NCBI GenBank assembly: GCA_021373015.1
Contig: JAJFTJ010000014.1
Coordinates: forward strand, 136,323-200,322
Length of the DNA: 64,000 nt
From: Nitrospiraceae bacterium
GTDB taxonomy: Bacteria > Nitrospirota > Thermodesulfovibrionia > Thermodesulfovibrionales > UBA1546
Reading direction: 5' to 3'
Position 1 is the stretch's first letter. Every line of letters starts with the position of its first letter. A model generated the notes under the pieces. The model was not told the DNA's origin. It saw only the letters and a list, made by a program, of their open reading frames with translations, and ran no database searches. This document shows, piece by piece, positions 38,350 to 49,789 of this stretch. The translations under genes were made by a program, and so were the position numbers.

Positions 38350-38757
38350 TTATCTAATTCTTTTAAATTGTATCTTGTATGAGAAACCAGAAAGAGATTT
38401 TCCTGTGCCTGAAAGAAGATTTCCGTCCGGCGAGAGAATGAGGTCATGTGTCCCGTCGTTTTCCCATCCCTGCGGTTTTGTATTAGGAGTAATCCTGAAG
38501 CGGGTTTTGACGTTATTACCATTGATTGTTCCCTGGCTGTACCATGCAACTTTTTTCCCATTGTAATCAAATGTGCACATCATCCTTACTTCATTCCCTT
38601 CTTGATAAACAATGACCGTTGCATCATTAGTGTCTTTGGTTGTAGTAACCCATAATCCGTTAAGGTCTGACTTATGAGTTACCTGAGCATAAGATGCAGA
38701 GATAATAAAAAAGACTGCAAAAATAACAGCTGCTAGTACTCTGATATTCTTATTCAT
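38350..38757 (-). CDS. secreted hypothetical protein
   Basis: It has the signal peptide MNKNIRVLAAVIFAVFFIISASYAQ. I recognise no motif. Confidence 0.55.
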   Translation of the reverse strand: MNKNIRVLAAVIFAVFFIISASYAQVTHKSDLNGLWVTTTKDTNDATVIVYQEGNEVRMMCTFDYNGKKVAWYSQGTINGNNVKTRFRITPNTKPQGWENDGTHDLILSPDGNLLSGTGKSLSGFSYKIQFKRIR

Positions 38758-38772
38758 GATTCTCTCCTTTTT

Positions 38773-39057
38773 TTATTTTCCTGTCAGTTCTTCGACTTCT
38801 TCCTTGCCGTGCTTTAATTCCTCAATTTGTTCTTTGTCTTCTCTTAAAAGCAATTCCTGAAATTCTCCAACATGTGTTTTTTCTTCTTTTGCAATGTCCA
38901 TAAAAACTTTCTTGATATCAACCCTGTCTGTCATTGCTGCAAGTTGTTCATAAAGACTGATTGCATCAAGCTCTGCAATGATTCCTGCACGCAGGATTTC
39001 CTTTACAGTATTTTCCTTGCTAACCTTAGAAAGGTCTATTGGAATGTTTGACATCAT
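38773..39057 (-). CDS. small ferritin-like (EncFtn/rubrerythrin-like) protein
   Basis: It has AELDAISLYEQ ... AKEEKTHVGEF, i.e. the E..Y / EE..H half di-iron site pattern of encapsulated-ferritin-like proteins. I placed the start at ATG 39057, 7 nt after GGAGGG. Confidence 0.55.
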   Translation of the reverse strand: MMSNIPIDLSKVSKENTVKEILRAGIIAELDAISLYEQLAAMTDRVDIKKVFMDIAKEEKTHVGEFQELLLREDKEQIEELKHGKEEVEELTGK

Positions 39058-39218
39058 AGTTCTGCCCTCCGTGAATATATAATTCTGTTCATATTTTAGC
39101 ATTTAAAGACTGGAAGTCTAGAAAATTTTAAAGGATAACAAAGCCTTGTCAATGTTTTTGCTGGTGTGGTATCCTTTAATGGTTTGAAGGGCAATAAATT
39201 CTGGAGGAAATGTTAGAA

Positions 39219-40796
39219 ATGAAGGTACTGGTAAGCGATAAAATTTCGGAAAAAGGCGTTGAAATTCTAAAAAAAGCCGGGCTTACTGTTGATGTCAAAA
39301 CTGGTATGAAGCCTGATGAACTAAAATCCTGCATCGGTGAATATCACGGTCTTGTTGTAAGAAGCGAGACAAAGGTCACAGCAGAAATTATTGAGGCTGC
39401 GAAAAACCTCAAGGTAGTGGGAAGGGCTGGTTCAGGCCTTGATAATGTCGATAAAGCAGCAGCATCCAAAAAAGGCATTGTTGTCATGAACACGCCAGGT
39501 GGAAATACAATCACAACAGCAGAGCATACTATTGCAATGCTTTTCTCTCTGGCAAGGATGATCCCGCAGGCAACAGCATCGCTCAAAGGCGGCAAGTGGG
39601 AAAAGAAGAAGTTTATGGGTGTTGAGCTTTTCAATAAGACACTTGGAATAGTGGGACTTGGCAACATCGGTTCACAGGTTGCTAAAAAAGCGCAGGGGCT
39701 TGAGATGGTTGTTATTGCCTATGATCCATTCCTTAGTGAAGAAACAGCGAGGGAACTTGGAATTGAAAAAGTTGAGCTTGCTGAAGTATTCAAAAGAGCA
39801 GACTTCATAACAGTTCATACACCGCTTACGCCAGAGACAAAGAATATAATCAATGCAAAAACCATTGAAACAATGAAGCCTGGCGTGAGAATAATCAACT
39901 GCGCACGCGGCGGAATAATAAATGAGAAAGATTTGTTTGAAGCTCTTAAAAGCGGAAAAGTTGCAGGTGCAGGAATGGATGTTTTTGAGAAAGAGCCCCC
40001 AGAAGATTTTTCACTTATAGGGCTTGATAATGTAATATGCACTCCTCATCTCGGAGCATCAACAGAAGAAGCTCAGGAAAACGTTGCACTGGCAATTGCA
40101 GAACAGATAGCAGACTATCTTGTACGAGGAACCATAAGAAATGCGGTAAACTTTCCGTCAATACCTGCTGATCAGGTTGTGAGATTGCAGCCGTACCTTA
40201 ATCTGGCAGAGAAGATTGGAAGTTTCGCATCCCAGCTTTTTGAAGGCGGTGTTACCGGAGTCACGATTGAATACAGGGGTGATGCTTCTGAATTGGCGAC
40301 AGCGCCTGTTACGATTGCTGCCTTGAAAGGATTCCTTACTCCAATACTCGAAGAAACAGTGAATTTTGTAAATGCGCCTGTTATTGCAAAAGAACGCGGA
40401 ATAGAAGTAAAAGAGACGAAAAGCAGTGATGCAGGCGATTACCAGAGTATGCTTGTAATCAAGGTAAAGACAAAGGACAGGGAAAGAGTTATTGCCGGCA
40501 CCCTGCTCAGCAAGAAAGAGCCTAGAATAATATTAGTCGACAATTTTGCTGTTGAGATCGTCCCGGAGGGAATAATGCTCTTTATCTATAATATTGACAA
40601 GCCAGGAGTGATTGGAAATATTGGTTCGTTCTTTTCAAAGAACAACATCAATATAGCGCGTATGCATTTTGGAAGAGAAAGCGCAGGAGGATCAGCAATA
40701 TCAGTAATGACAATTGATACTCCTATAACATCCAATCAGCTTGAAGAAATAAAAAAAATGCCTAATGTCAAATCTGTAAAACTGCTGAATGTTTAA
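39219..40796 (+). CDS. serA: D-3-phosphoglycerate dehydrogenase (long form with ACT domain)
   Basis: It has GIVGLGNIGSQVA (NAD site), NCARGG, TPHLGAST and a C-terminal ACT domain. Either ATG 39210 or ATG 39219 could be the start. Confidence 0.9.
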   Translation: MKVLVSDKISEKGVEILKKAGLTVDVKTGMKPDELKSCIGEYHGLVVRSETKVTAEIIEAAKNLKVVGRAGSGLDNVDKAAASKKGIVVMNTPGGNTITTAEHTIAMLFSLARMIPQATASLKGGKWEKKKFMGVELFNKTLGIVGLGNIGSQVAKKAQGLEMVVIAYDPFLSEETARELGIEKVELAEVFKRADFITVHTPLTPETKNIINAKTIETMKPGVRIINCARGGIINEKDLFEALKSGKVAGAGMDVFEKEPPEDFSLIGLDNVICTPHLGASTEEAQENVALAIAEQIADYLVRGTIRNAVNFPSIPADQVVRLQPYLNLAEKIGSFASQLFEGGVTGVTIEYRGDASELATAPVTIAALKGFLTPILEETVNFVNAPVIAKERGIEVKETKSSDAGDYQSMLVIKVKTKDRERVIAGTLLSKKEPRIILVDNFAVEIVPEGIMLFIYNIDKPGVIGNIGSFFSKNNINIARMHFGRESAGGSAISVMTIDTPITSNQLEEIKKMPNVKSVKLLNV

Positions 40797-40801
40797 TCTA
40801 A

Positions 40802-42644
<1,843 letters not shown>

Positions 42645-43392
42645 TTTCAAGTTTATTAAACCTGATTTATCCTTCCTCATGTCCTTTCTGCAAAAATTCC
42701 TCTGATAATCATAAGCATTCTCCTATCTGTTCCGAATGCTGGCAGAACATAAAAATATATACAGGCCCGTCTTGCAGTATATGCGCTGCTCCTCTGGTAT
42801 CCGAATATTCGACTATTTGTCAGGAATGCATTGAGCAGAGGCCAAGATTCTCAAAGGTCTTGAATTACGGGATATATGCTGATGTACTTGCAGAGGCAAT
42901 ACATCTCATGAAATTTTCGAAGCTCAGAAGACTTGCAAACGCATTAGGCAGTCTGTTTTTTGAGTTAAGCATTCCGAGATATGACGGTATCGTGCCTGTT
43001 CCATTAAGCGCCAATAGTTTAAAAGCGAGGGGGTTTAATCAGTCGCTTCTTATCTCAAGGGTGCTCTCAAAGAAACTAAGGATTCCCATTTATATCGACA
43101 TGCTTTTTAAAACAAGAGAAACTCTTCCCCAGATTGGTCTGAATGCCAAGGAGCGAATAAAAAATTTAAGGGGTTCTTTTGAAGCAAAGAAAATAAATGG
43201 ACTAAGGCTCTTGCTTGTAGATGATGTTATGACAACAGGAGCTACTGCAAGGGAATGTTCAAAAGTGCTTGTAAAAGCAGGAGCAGAAGATGTTATTGTC
43301 GTAACGCTTGCACGGCCAAGCAGGATGTGAGAGGGTGATTTTAAAAATGAATTTTGCTAGAATACTTGTTGTATTTAAAAAAAGGCAAAAAA

Positions 43393-44049
43393 ATGATTGA
43401 TCTTCACACACATACTTTATTCAGCGACGGCGAGCTTCTGCCGGCAGAGCTCATACAAAGGGCGTCTGTAATAGGCTATAAAGCTATTGCAATTACAGAC
43501 CATGTTGACCAGTCTAATATTGATATTGTTATACCAAGAATCATTAAAGTGCTTGATGCGTTAAAAGACAGCATATCAATAACTGCAATTCCTGGTGTTG
43601 AGATAACTCATGTTCCGCCATCACTAATATCCTCGCTTGTAAAAGAGGCAAGACAGCTAGGAGCGAAGATAGTTGTTGTGCATGGAGAGACAACATCAGA
43701 GCCTGTAAAAGAAGGAACAAACAGGGCTGCAATAGAAGCAGGCGTTGATATACTTGCTCACCCTGGACTTATCTCCACAGATGACATTAAACTTGCAAAA
43801 GAAAAAGGCGTTGCGCTTGAGATTACATCAAGAAAAGGACATTCTTTTACAAACGGTCATGTTGGAAGAGAGGCAATAAAGCATGGAGCGACATTGGTTA
43901 TAAATACTGATACACACAGTCCGTATGATCTTATAAGTCTTGAGAAGGCAAAAAAGATATTGGCTGGCGCAGGCATAGATGAAGACAAGATCAAAGCTGT
44001 ATTTAACAATTCAAAGACAATAGTAGAAAAGATACTCAGGAGGAATTAA
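43393..44049 (+). CDS. PHP-domain phosphoesterase
   Basis: It reads MIDLHTHTLFSDG and AITDH, with later His/Asp motifs. I preferred the ATG start over the tracked TTG. Confidence 0.8.
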   Translation: MIDLHTHTLFSDGELLPAELIQRASVIGYKAIAITDHVDQSNIDIVIPRIIKVLDALKDSISITAIPGVEITHVPPSLISSLVKEARQLGAKIVVVHGETTSEPVKEGTNRAAIEAGVDILAHPGLISTDDIKLAKEKGVALEITSRKGHSFTNGHVGREAIKHGATLVINTDTHSPYDLISLEKAKKILAGAGIDEDKIKAVFNNSKTIVEKILRRN

Positions 44050-44738
44050 TGCCAAAGGCAATAAAAAAGAAGACTGTAAAGAAACATGCTATCAACGAGA
44101 CAACAACCAGAAGCTTTATCTCAAAATCAATGGAATATTTTTCAGATAATAACAAAATTTTTATTTTGATTTCGGTTGGTGCTGTTTTAGTTATTTTTCT
44201 TATTGCAGGTATTTTTCTTTACAACAGAATTTCAAGCAATAAGGCAGAAAAACTTGGGGAAGAAGCATTTAAAACATATTACGGAATTACAAATAGACAG
44301 CCTGTATCGAGAGAAGCTAGATTTATAAAGGCAGGAGAACTTTTCAAAAAATCATACGAGGCAAAAAAATCACCTGTCGCTCTTTTTTATATGGCAGCCT
44401 GTTACTATGAGATGGGAAAATATGATGATGCAGTTAAAATGCTCGATGAACTCAATAAGAAATATCCTGATGATGAGATGTTTGTGCCTCTGACATACTA
44501 CAAACTTGCATTAATAAGTCTTAAAAAAGATGATAAGGCAGAATCACTAAGATATCTTGATATACTATCAAAATATAAAACAACATCATATAAGGATCTC
44601 GCACTTATTGAAGCAGGGAAAATTCTGGAGTCAATGGGCAGGACGGCAGATGCAAAAAAGAAATACGAGGAACTCATAAAGGATTATCCGCAGTCTCCAT
44701 TTGCCGAAGAGGCAAGACTAAAAGCAGCGAAGAAATAA
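44049..44738 (+). CDS. membrane-anchored TPR-repeat protein (YfgM-like architecture)
   Basis: It has one N-terminal TM helix followed by TPR-like repeats (YYEMGKYDDAVKMLDEL, KKKYEELIKDYPQSPFA). Confidence 0.6.
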   Translation: MPKAIKKKTVKKHAINETTTRSFISKSMEYFSDNNKIFILISVGAVLVIFLIAGIFLYNRISSNKAEKLGEEAFKTYYGITNRQPVSREARFIKAGELFKKSYEAKKSPVALFYMAACYYEMGKYDDAVKMLDELNKKYPDDEMFVPLTYYKLALISLKKDDKAESLRYLDILSKYKTTSYKDLALIEAGKILESMGRTADAKKKYEELIKDYPQSPFAEEARLKAAKK

Positions 44739-44741
44739 ATA

Positions 44742-46133
44742 TTAATTTAAAGGTTTTTTGTTTCCAAGAGGGTTAGATGCCATTTTATCGTTGGCATTGG
44801 TTTTCACAGTCTTTTTCTTTGATTTTCTGTTTCCTTTTTTAATCTCGTACTTGTCTTCCTTGTCTGCTGTAAACTTTTCTTTTGGAGGCAGCAGGATTTC
44901 AGTTCCCGGTTTCAAGGGAACTGAAGAGTTTTTGAAATTATTAAGTACAAGTATTGCCTTTGCAGTCACACCTGTTTTCTTGGCGATTTTTGATATAGTA
45001 TCTCCCTTTTTAATAGTATAAAGTTCCAGAGTATATCTCTCGCTTTCAGGAATCCTGTTCATGTTTTCTATAAAAAGTTCTTTTGTATTTCTGGGGACCC
45101 TGAGTATGTATTCCGGAGTGTGAGGAGGAGTGCACCATCTCCTTAGTTCAGGATTCAACTCCTTGATTGTCTCAAGGCTTGTATTTGCACACTGAGCAGC
45201 AACATCAAGGTCAATAGGACTTTTTAAAGTCACTTCGTCATAATCAAAAGGTATGTGATACTCGATATCAGTGAATCCGAATGTTTCAGGGCTTACAGCT
45301 ATCATGCTTGCTGCTATAAATTTCGGTACATAGTTTTTAGTTTCTTTTCTTATATAACGCGTTTTTAAAAGTGCCCAGTAGTCATCTGTCTTTGTACGAT
45401 TGAGCGCCCTCATTATCTTTCCTTCGCCTGCATTGTATGCAGCCATGGCAAGATCCCATGATCCGAACATGCCATAAAGATCACTGAGGTAGTTTGCTGC
45501 TGCCATGGTGGATTTTATCGGGTCTCTTCGCTCATCTCTCCACCAATCTATTATTAATCCATATTTTTTTGCTGTCCCTGATATGAACTGCCATGGGCCG
45601 ACTGCCCTTGCGCGTGAATAAGCATAGGGATTAAAACCGCTTTCTATTAATGAAAGAAAAACAATCTCTTCAGGTATGTTTTTGTTTTTGAGAATTTCCC
45701 TCATCATATCCAGATACTTTCCTGAGCGGCTTAACCAGAGAGCAAAATGATCTCTGAATCGGTCTGTGAAAAGAGAAAGGTTTTTATCAACAGCCTTGAC
45801 TGCAGCAGGATTTGATTTATATGGTGTGATGGAAGGTTCGGATGGTGAAAAACTTTTCACTGTTATCTTTTTCTCGATCTCAGGAAGCTTTATTTCCTTT
45901 GCAGGTGGAATTTCTATGTTTGTTGTTTTTATATCTTGCAGCGGTAGAGGCGCTGGTGTTTTCAAATTTGTTATTTCAGGTAGAGTATTTAAGCTCGGTT
46001 TATCAATAAAAATTTTCTCAGGATTTACTGGTTGAATTTCTGAGGTATTAGCCCCCTGAGTTTCAGCAGCAAAAACAAAAGCAATTGAGAATAAAGCAAA
46101 AATCAGCACGATAATAACGCGTAATTTATACAT
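44742..46133 (-). CDS. lytic transglycosylase (SLT domain) with C-terminal LysM domain (MltD-like)
   Basis: It has a signal peptide, the SLT motif IESGFNPYAYSRARAVGPWQF plus AYNAG, and the LysM motif YTIKKGDTISKIAKKTG. Confidence 0.85.
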   Translation of the reverse strand: MYKLRVIIVLIFALFSIAFVFAAETQGANTSEIQPVNPEKIFIDKPSLNTLPEITNLKTPAPLPLQDIKTTNIEIPPAKEIKLPEIEKKITVKSFSPSEPSITPYKSNPAAVKAVDKNLSLFTDRFRDHFALWLSRSGKYLDMMREILKNKNIPEEIVFLSLIESGFNPYAYSRARAVGPWQFISGTAKKYGLIIDWWRDERRDPIKSTMAAANYLSDLYGMFGSWDLAMAAYNAGEGKIMRALNRTKTDDYWALLKTRYIRKETKNYVPKFIAASMIAVSPETFGFTDIEYHIPFDYDEVTLKSPIDLDVAAQCANTSLETIKELNPELRRWCTPPHTPEYILRVPRNTKELFIENMNRIPESERYTLELYTIKKGDTISKIAKKTGVTAKAILVLNNFKNSSVPLKPGTEILLPPKEKFTADKEDKYEIKKGNRKSKKKTVKTNANDKMASNPLGNKKPLN

Positions 46134-46249
46134 ACTATTTAATTTTCAGCTTTAGAGACTCGATTTGTCAAGTAAGTTGTGCTGATCAAGATATAAAGTA
46201 AGATATAAAACTAAAAAACTAGGAGAATATTTATTATTTAATGAATGTT

Positions 46250-46277
46250 TTTACAACTTGGTTAAAACTGCTATAAT
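46250..46277 (+). promoter_or_regulatory. candidate sigma-70 promoter TTTACA-N16-TATAAT upstream of parA
   Basis: I read it directly. The -10 element ends 15 nt before the ATG at 46293. Confidence 0.4.
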
Positions 46278-46292
46278 AAACAGGTTTTAATC

Positions 46293-47072
46293 ATGAACAG
46301 GGTAATCGCAATAGCAAACCAAAAAGGCGGTGTGGGTAAAACCACAACTGCCATTAATCTTGCAGCCTCTCTGGCTCTTGCGGGGAAGGACATTCTTGTA
46401 ATTGATACAGACCCTCAAGGAAATTCTACAAGCGGACTTGGCATAGCAAAAGACAGCATCAGTAAAACGTTGTATGATGTCTTTGCACAGAGATGTCCCA
46501 TGACAGATGCAATAACTGAAACAAGAATGGAGCATTTATCTGTTATTCCTTCAACTGTGGATCTTCTTGGTGTTGAGATAGAACTTGTTGGGAAAGAAGA
46601 AAGAGAGTTTATACTCTCAAAATTAGTAAATACATTAAAGGAACGTTATCCCTATATTATTATTGACTGTCCGCCTTCTCTCGGGCTTCTTACTTTAAAT
46701 GCGCTTGTAGCTTCTGATTCTGTGCTGATTCCGGTGCAGTGCGAATATTATGCTCTTGAAGGTCTAAGTCATCTTACAAATACAATCAGGCTTGTAAGAA
46801 ATTCTTTTAATCCTGCTCTTGACATTGAGGGGATAGTTTTGACAATGTTTGATTCTAGAAATACGCTTGCACATCAGGTTGGAGAAGAGGTCAGAAAGCA
46901 TTTTGGCAGCAAGGTATACAATACTGTAATTCCAAGAAATGTAGCTCTGAGTGAGGCGCCGAGCCATGGCAAACCAGTCTTGCTTTATGATGTTAGGTCA
47001 AAGGGAGCACAGAGTTATCTATCGTTAGCAAAGGAGATATTAAATGAAGACGGCATTGGGCAAAGGGCTTGA
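46293..47072 (+). CDS. parA: chromosome partitioning ATPase ParA/Soj
   Basis: It has the deviant Walker A NQKGGVGKTTT and the IIDCPPSLG motif. Confidence 0.95.
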   Translation: MNRVIAIANQKGGVGKTTTAINLAASLALAGKDILVIDTDPQGNSTSGLGIAKDSISKTLYDVFAQRCPMTDAITETRMEHLSVIPSTVDLLGVEIELVGKEEREFILSKLVNTLKERYPYIIIDCPPSLGLLTLNALVASDSVLIPVQCEYYALEGLSHLTNTIRLVRNSFNPALDIEGIVLTMFDSRNTLAHQVGEEVRKHFGSKVYNTVIPRNVALSEAPSHGKPVLLYDVRSKGAQSYLSLAKEILNEDGIGQRA

Positions 47073-47874
47073 GGCATTAATCCCTGAAAAGGGCGAAGAG
47101 ATATTGCGATTAGACATTACCCGTATACTTCCGGGCGAACAACAGCCAAGAAAGATATTCAAGGATGAAGCCCTTAAAGAACTTGCGGTATCTATAAAAG
47201 AAAAAGGCGTGCTCCAGCCGATCATTGTCTCGAGGACCGGCGACGGCACTTTCAGGCTGATTGCAGGAGAGAGAAGGTGGCGCGCATCACAGCTTGCAGG
47301 ATTAAAAAAAATACCTGCAATAATTAAAAATGTTGCTTCAAGGGACTCTCTTGAAATAGCGCTTATAGAAAATATACAGAGAGAAAACCTTAATCCTGTT
47401 GAAACAGCAGAGGCATTCAGCAGGCTCATGAAGGAATTCAATCTTACACAGGAAGAACTTTCTGAAAAAGTAGGAAAAGAAAGGGCAACAGTTGCTAATT
47501 ACATGAGACTGCTAAAACTTCCTGATGAGATAAAGTCTCTGGTATCTGACGGCTCCCTGAGTATGGGCCATGCAAGGGCAATATTATCAATAGAAGGAAG
47601 GTCTCAGCAGGTTGAGGCAGCAAGGAAAATTCTAAGCAAAGGCTTTAGTGTTAGAGAGGCTGAGGCGCTTTCAAAAACAATAAGCTCTGTCCCAGCAAAA
47701 AAAGCAAAATCCAAACATAAGGATGCTCAGATTGCTTCGCTGGAGGATAAACTTATCAAGAATCTTGGCACAAAAGTCCATATACTTCATAAGGGGAAAA
47801 AAGGCGGAAAAATAGAAATAGAGTACTATTCCCTTGATGAGTTGGACAGGCTGCTTGATATATTAATGGGCTAG
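47044..47874 (+). CDS. parB: chromosome partitioning protein ParB/Spo0J
   Basis: It has LGKGLEALI, LQPIIV, the GERRWRA box and an HTH region. Confidence 0.95.
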   Translation: MKTALGKGLEALIPEKGEEILRLDITRILPGEQQPRKIFKDEALKELAVSIKEKGVLQPIIVSRTGDGTFRLIAGERRWRASQLAGLKKIPAIIKNVASRDSLEIALIENIQRENLNPVETAEAFSRLMKEFNLTQEELSEKVGKERATVANYMRLLKLPDEIKSLVSDGSLSMGHARAILSIEGRSQQVEAARKILSKGFSVREAEALSKTISSVPAKKAKSKHKDAQIASLEDKLIKNLGTKVHILHKGKKGGKIEIEYYSLDELDRLLDILMG

Positions 47875-47881
47875 AGCTTTT

Positions 47882-48331
47882 TTATCTTTTGTTAGATACA
47901 AAAAGCCTGTCAAGAGACATAAGCCCGCCGCCTTTAAACAAAAGCGTAAGCGCTATTCCTATAACAAGTATATGGAATTCAAATCCCTCGCCTTTTTGCA
48001 TTCCAGACCAATTCATGAAAAAACCATTCTGTAAATGATACAGATATGCACATATCCCCATCGATATTCCAATTGCGAGGGCTGCTATCCTTGTGAAGAA
48101 TCCTAGTATGAGAAAAATAGATCCTAAAAATTCAGTAGCCATAACAACAAGAGGAACCCATAGAGGAAAGCTCATCTGTGTTGTGAACATCTCGATGGTT
48201 TTCTGATAGCCGGTGCCGCCGTACAAACCAAGAACTTTTTGTGCGCCATGTGCAAAAAATACAGAACCCAATGCCAGCCTTAAAAAAAGTGTTGAGAAAA
48301 GATCGTCTGTTCTTAAAAGCAGTTTAAGCAT
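47882..48331 (-). CDS. DoxX-family membrane protein
   Basis: It reads LFLRLALGSVFFAHGAQKVLGLYGG and has four TM helices. Confidence 0.85.
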   Translation of the reverse strand: MLKLLLRTDDLFSTLFLRLALGSVFFAHGAQKVLGLYGGTGYQKTIEMFTTQMSFPLWVPLVVMATEFLGSIFLILGFFTRIAALAIGISMGICAYLYHLQNGFFMNWSGMQKGEGFEFHILVIGIALTLLFKGGGLMSLDRLFVSNKR

Positions 48332-48360
48332 ATAAAGCTCCTTTTGATGAATTATTCCTA

Positions 48361-48573
48361 CTATTTTTTATGAGTCTTTTTTTTAGCCGCATGTTTTTTC
48401 TTAACTGTCTTTTTTACTGTTGGTTTTTTCTTAGATTTTTTTTTAGGTCTGAATTCTATTACAGCAGCTTCTATCCCGCAGCAGTAAATAGGGCTTACAT
48501 TGGATCCCATCTCTTTTGTAACCACAACACTAGAGCCGCACTGTCTGCACTTATAAGTAATAATTCTTGGCAT
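48361..48573 (-). CDS. small zinc-ribbon-like protein with poly-lysine tail
   Basis: A perfect RBS (AGGAGG) precedes the ATG. It has CRQCG...CCG followed by a ~28-aa tail that is mostly K. I recognise no family. Confidence 0.5.
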   Translation of the reverse strand: MPRIITYKCRQCGSSVVVTKEMGSNVSPIYCCGIEAAVIEFRPKKKSKKKPTVKKTVKKKHAAKKKTHKK

Positions 48574-48682
48574 GGTCGTACCTCCTTAGAGGATGTTTTA
48601 TTTAACCATCCTATCACTTTTGTTTAAACTGTCAAGTTCTTGTAAAAGCCACAAGTATTTAAAAATATGCTTCTTTAGAATA

Positions 48683-49216
48683 TTATTTCCCGAAGCCGTT
48701 CTTGAAATCTCCACCATCAAACCCCTTAAATTTCTGCTCGATCATAGGGATGAGTCTGATGTTTGCGCTCACCTTATTTCCTTTTAAAAAGTAATCGATA
48801 TCAAGCACATCAGCAAAACCAAATTCGTAAGGCTTGTAATAAGGTCTGAACTCATACCCAATTACATTTCCCTTTTTGTCCAGTATCTTACTAATGTTTG
48901 TCCGCCAGTATGCACGATGCCAGTTTATGGATTGTTCGGCCTTTGCAATGGCATCCCTTGCAGAAAGACCCTTTTCCACCTTGTAATTATATTCAGCTGA
49001 ATACGGCTCTATTGTGTATTCATCGCCTTCAAGATCAAGTATCGCAACTGTCTCGATATCATTGAAATGTCTTCCTCCGAACATTATAAGAGTGAAAGTA
49101 CCTTTTATTTCATCTGTTGCTGCCTGTTTTACTGCTAATCTTTCACCGGCTGATGAAAATGGCGTGAGCAAAAAGATAAGGGAAATTGCTGCAAGGGTTT
49201 TTAAAAAAACTTTCAT
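48683..49216 (-). CDS. secreted hypothetical protein
   Basis: It has the signal peptide MKVFLKTLAAISLIFLLTPFSSA. I recognise no motif. Confidence 0.55.
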   Translation of the reverse strand: MKVFLKTLAAISLIFLLTPFSSAGERLAVKQAATDEIKGTFTLIMFGGRHFNDIETVAILDLEGDEYTIEPYSAEYNYKVEKGLSARDAIAKAEQSINWHRAYWRTNISKILDKKGNVIGYEFRPYYKPYEFGFADVLDIDYFLKGNKVSANIRLIPMIEQKFKGFDGGDFKNGFGK

Positions 49217-49287
49217 TGTCCCTCCTTTACAAATAAAGGCGATAAAACAAATTAACCTGGTTCCCCCAATTCTATTTTAGCTGAATT

Positions 49288-49788
49288 CTACTGCCTGTCA
49301 ACTAAAAGCTGTTTAAGGATGCTTGATTCACGTTTATAAAAGCCCTGTGTATGAAAAGAGTCGCTAAAGCCATAAAGCTCATAATCAAGATGATGACAGA
49401 GTTCATGCAAAACTGTTCTCAGAAATGTCTTGAATGCAACAATCCTTTTCTGTTGAGCAGTTCTCATCCATATTGTAATCTTAGAAGGAGAATTTCTCTC
49501 AGCAGGATTATACAGTCCGTGAAGCTCGCCTCTTGAATTATGGGGCCTTACTGCAAGAACACTCATCTTTATGCCGGGCGTCCTGAGCCTTGATGCCAGG
49601 GCAATGATGAGTTTCTGGGAAAGCATTTCTATATTCCCCCTGTCTTCTTTTTTAAGCGCTTGTTCGATAGCATTGACCAATGGCAAGAAATCAGCTGCTG
49701 AAGGGAGTTTCACAGCGGCAATAGAATCACTTTTATCATATATACGCTTCTGATTTGCTGTCAGACGCTTGTAATAACCAAAGACCAT
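49288..49788 (-). CDS. HExxH zinc-metallopeptidase-like protein (SprT/WLM-like)
   Basis: It has the single motif TVLHELCHHLDYE. Its ATG lies 1 nt after the stop of the upstream gene. Confidence 0.55.
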   Translation of the reverse strand: MVFGYYKRLTANQKRIYDKSDSIAAVKLPSAADFLPLVNAIEQALKKEDRGNIEMLSQKLIIALASRLRTPGIKMSVLAVRPHNSRGELHGLYNPAERNSPSKITIWMRTAQQKRIVAFKTFLRTVLHELCHHLDYELYGFSDSFHTQGFYKRESSILKQLLVDRQ

Positions 49789-49789
49789 T

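Noticed and set aside
38289-38570. A 93-aa minus-strand ORF overlapping the secreted-protein gene 38350-38757 in another frame
   Set aside because: The overlapping 135-aa ORF has a clear signal peptide and the better coding context. This one has no start context.
46134-46292. Search for parS (TGTTTCACGTGAAACA-like) or DnaA-box clusters near parAB and mnmG
   Set aside because: I found no close match to either consensus by eye anywhere in the intergenic regions. The origin is probably outside this window.
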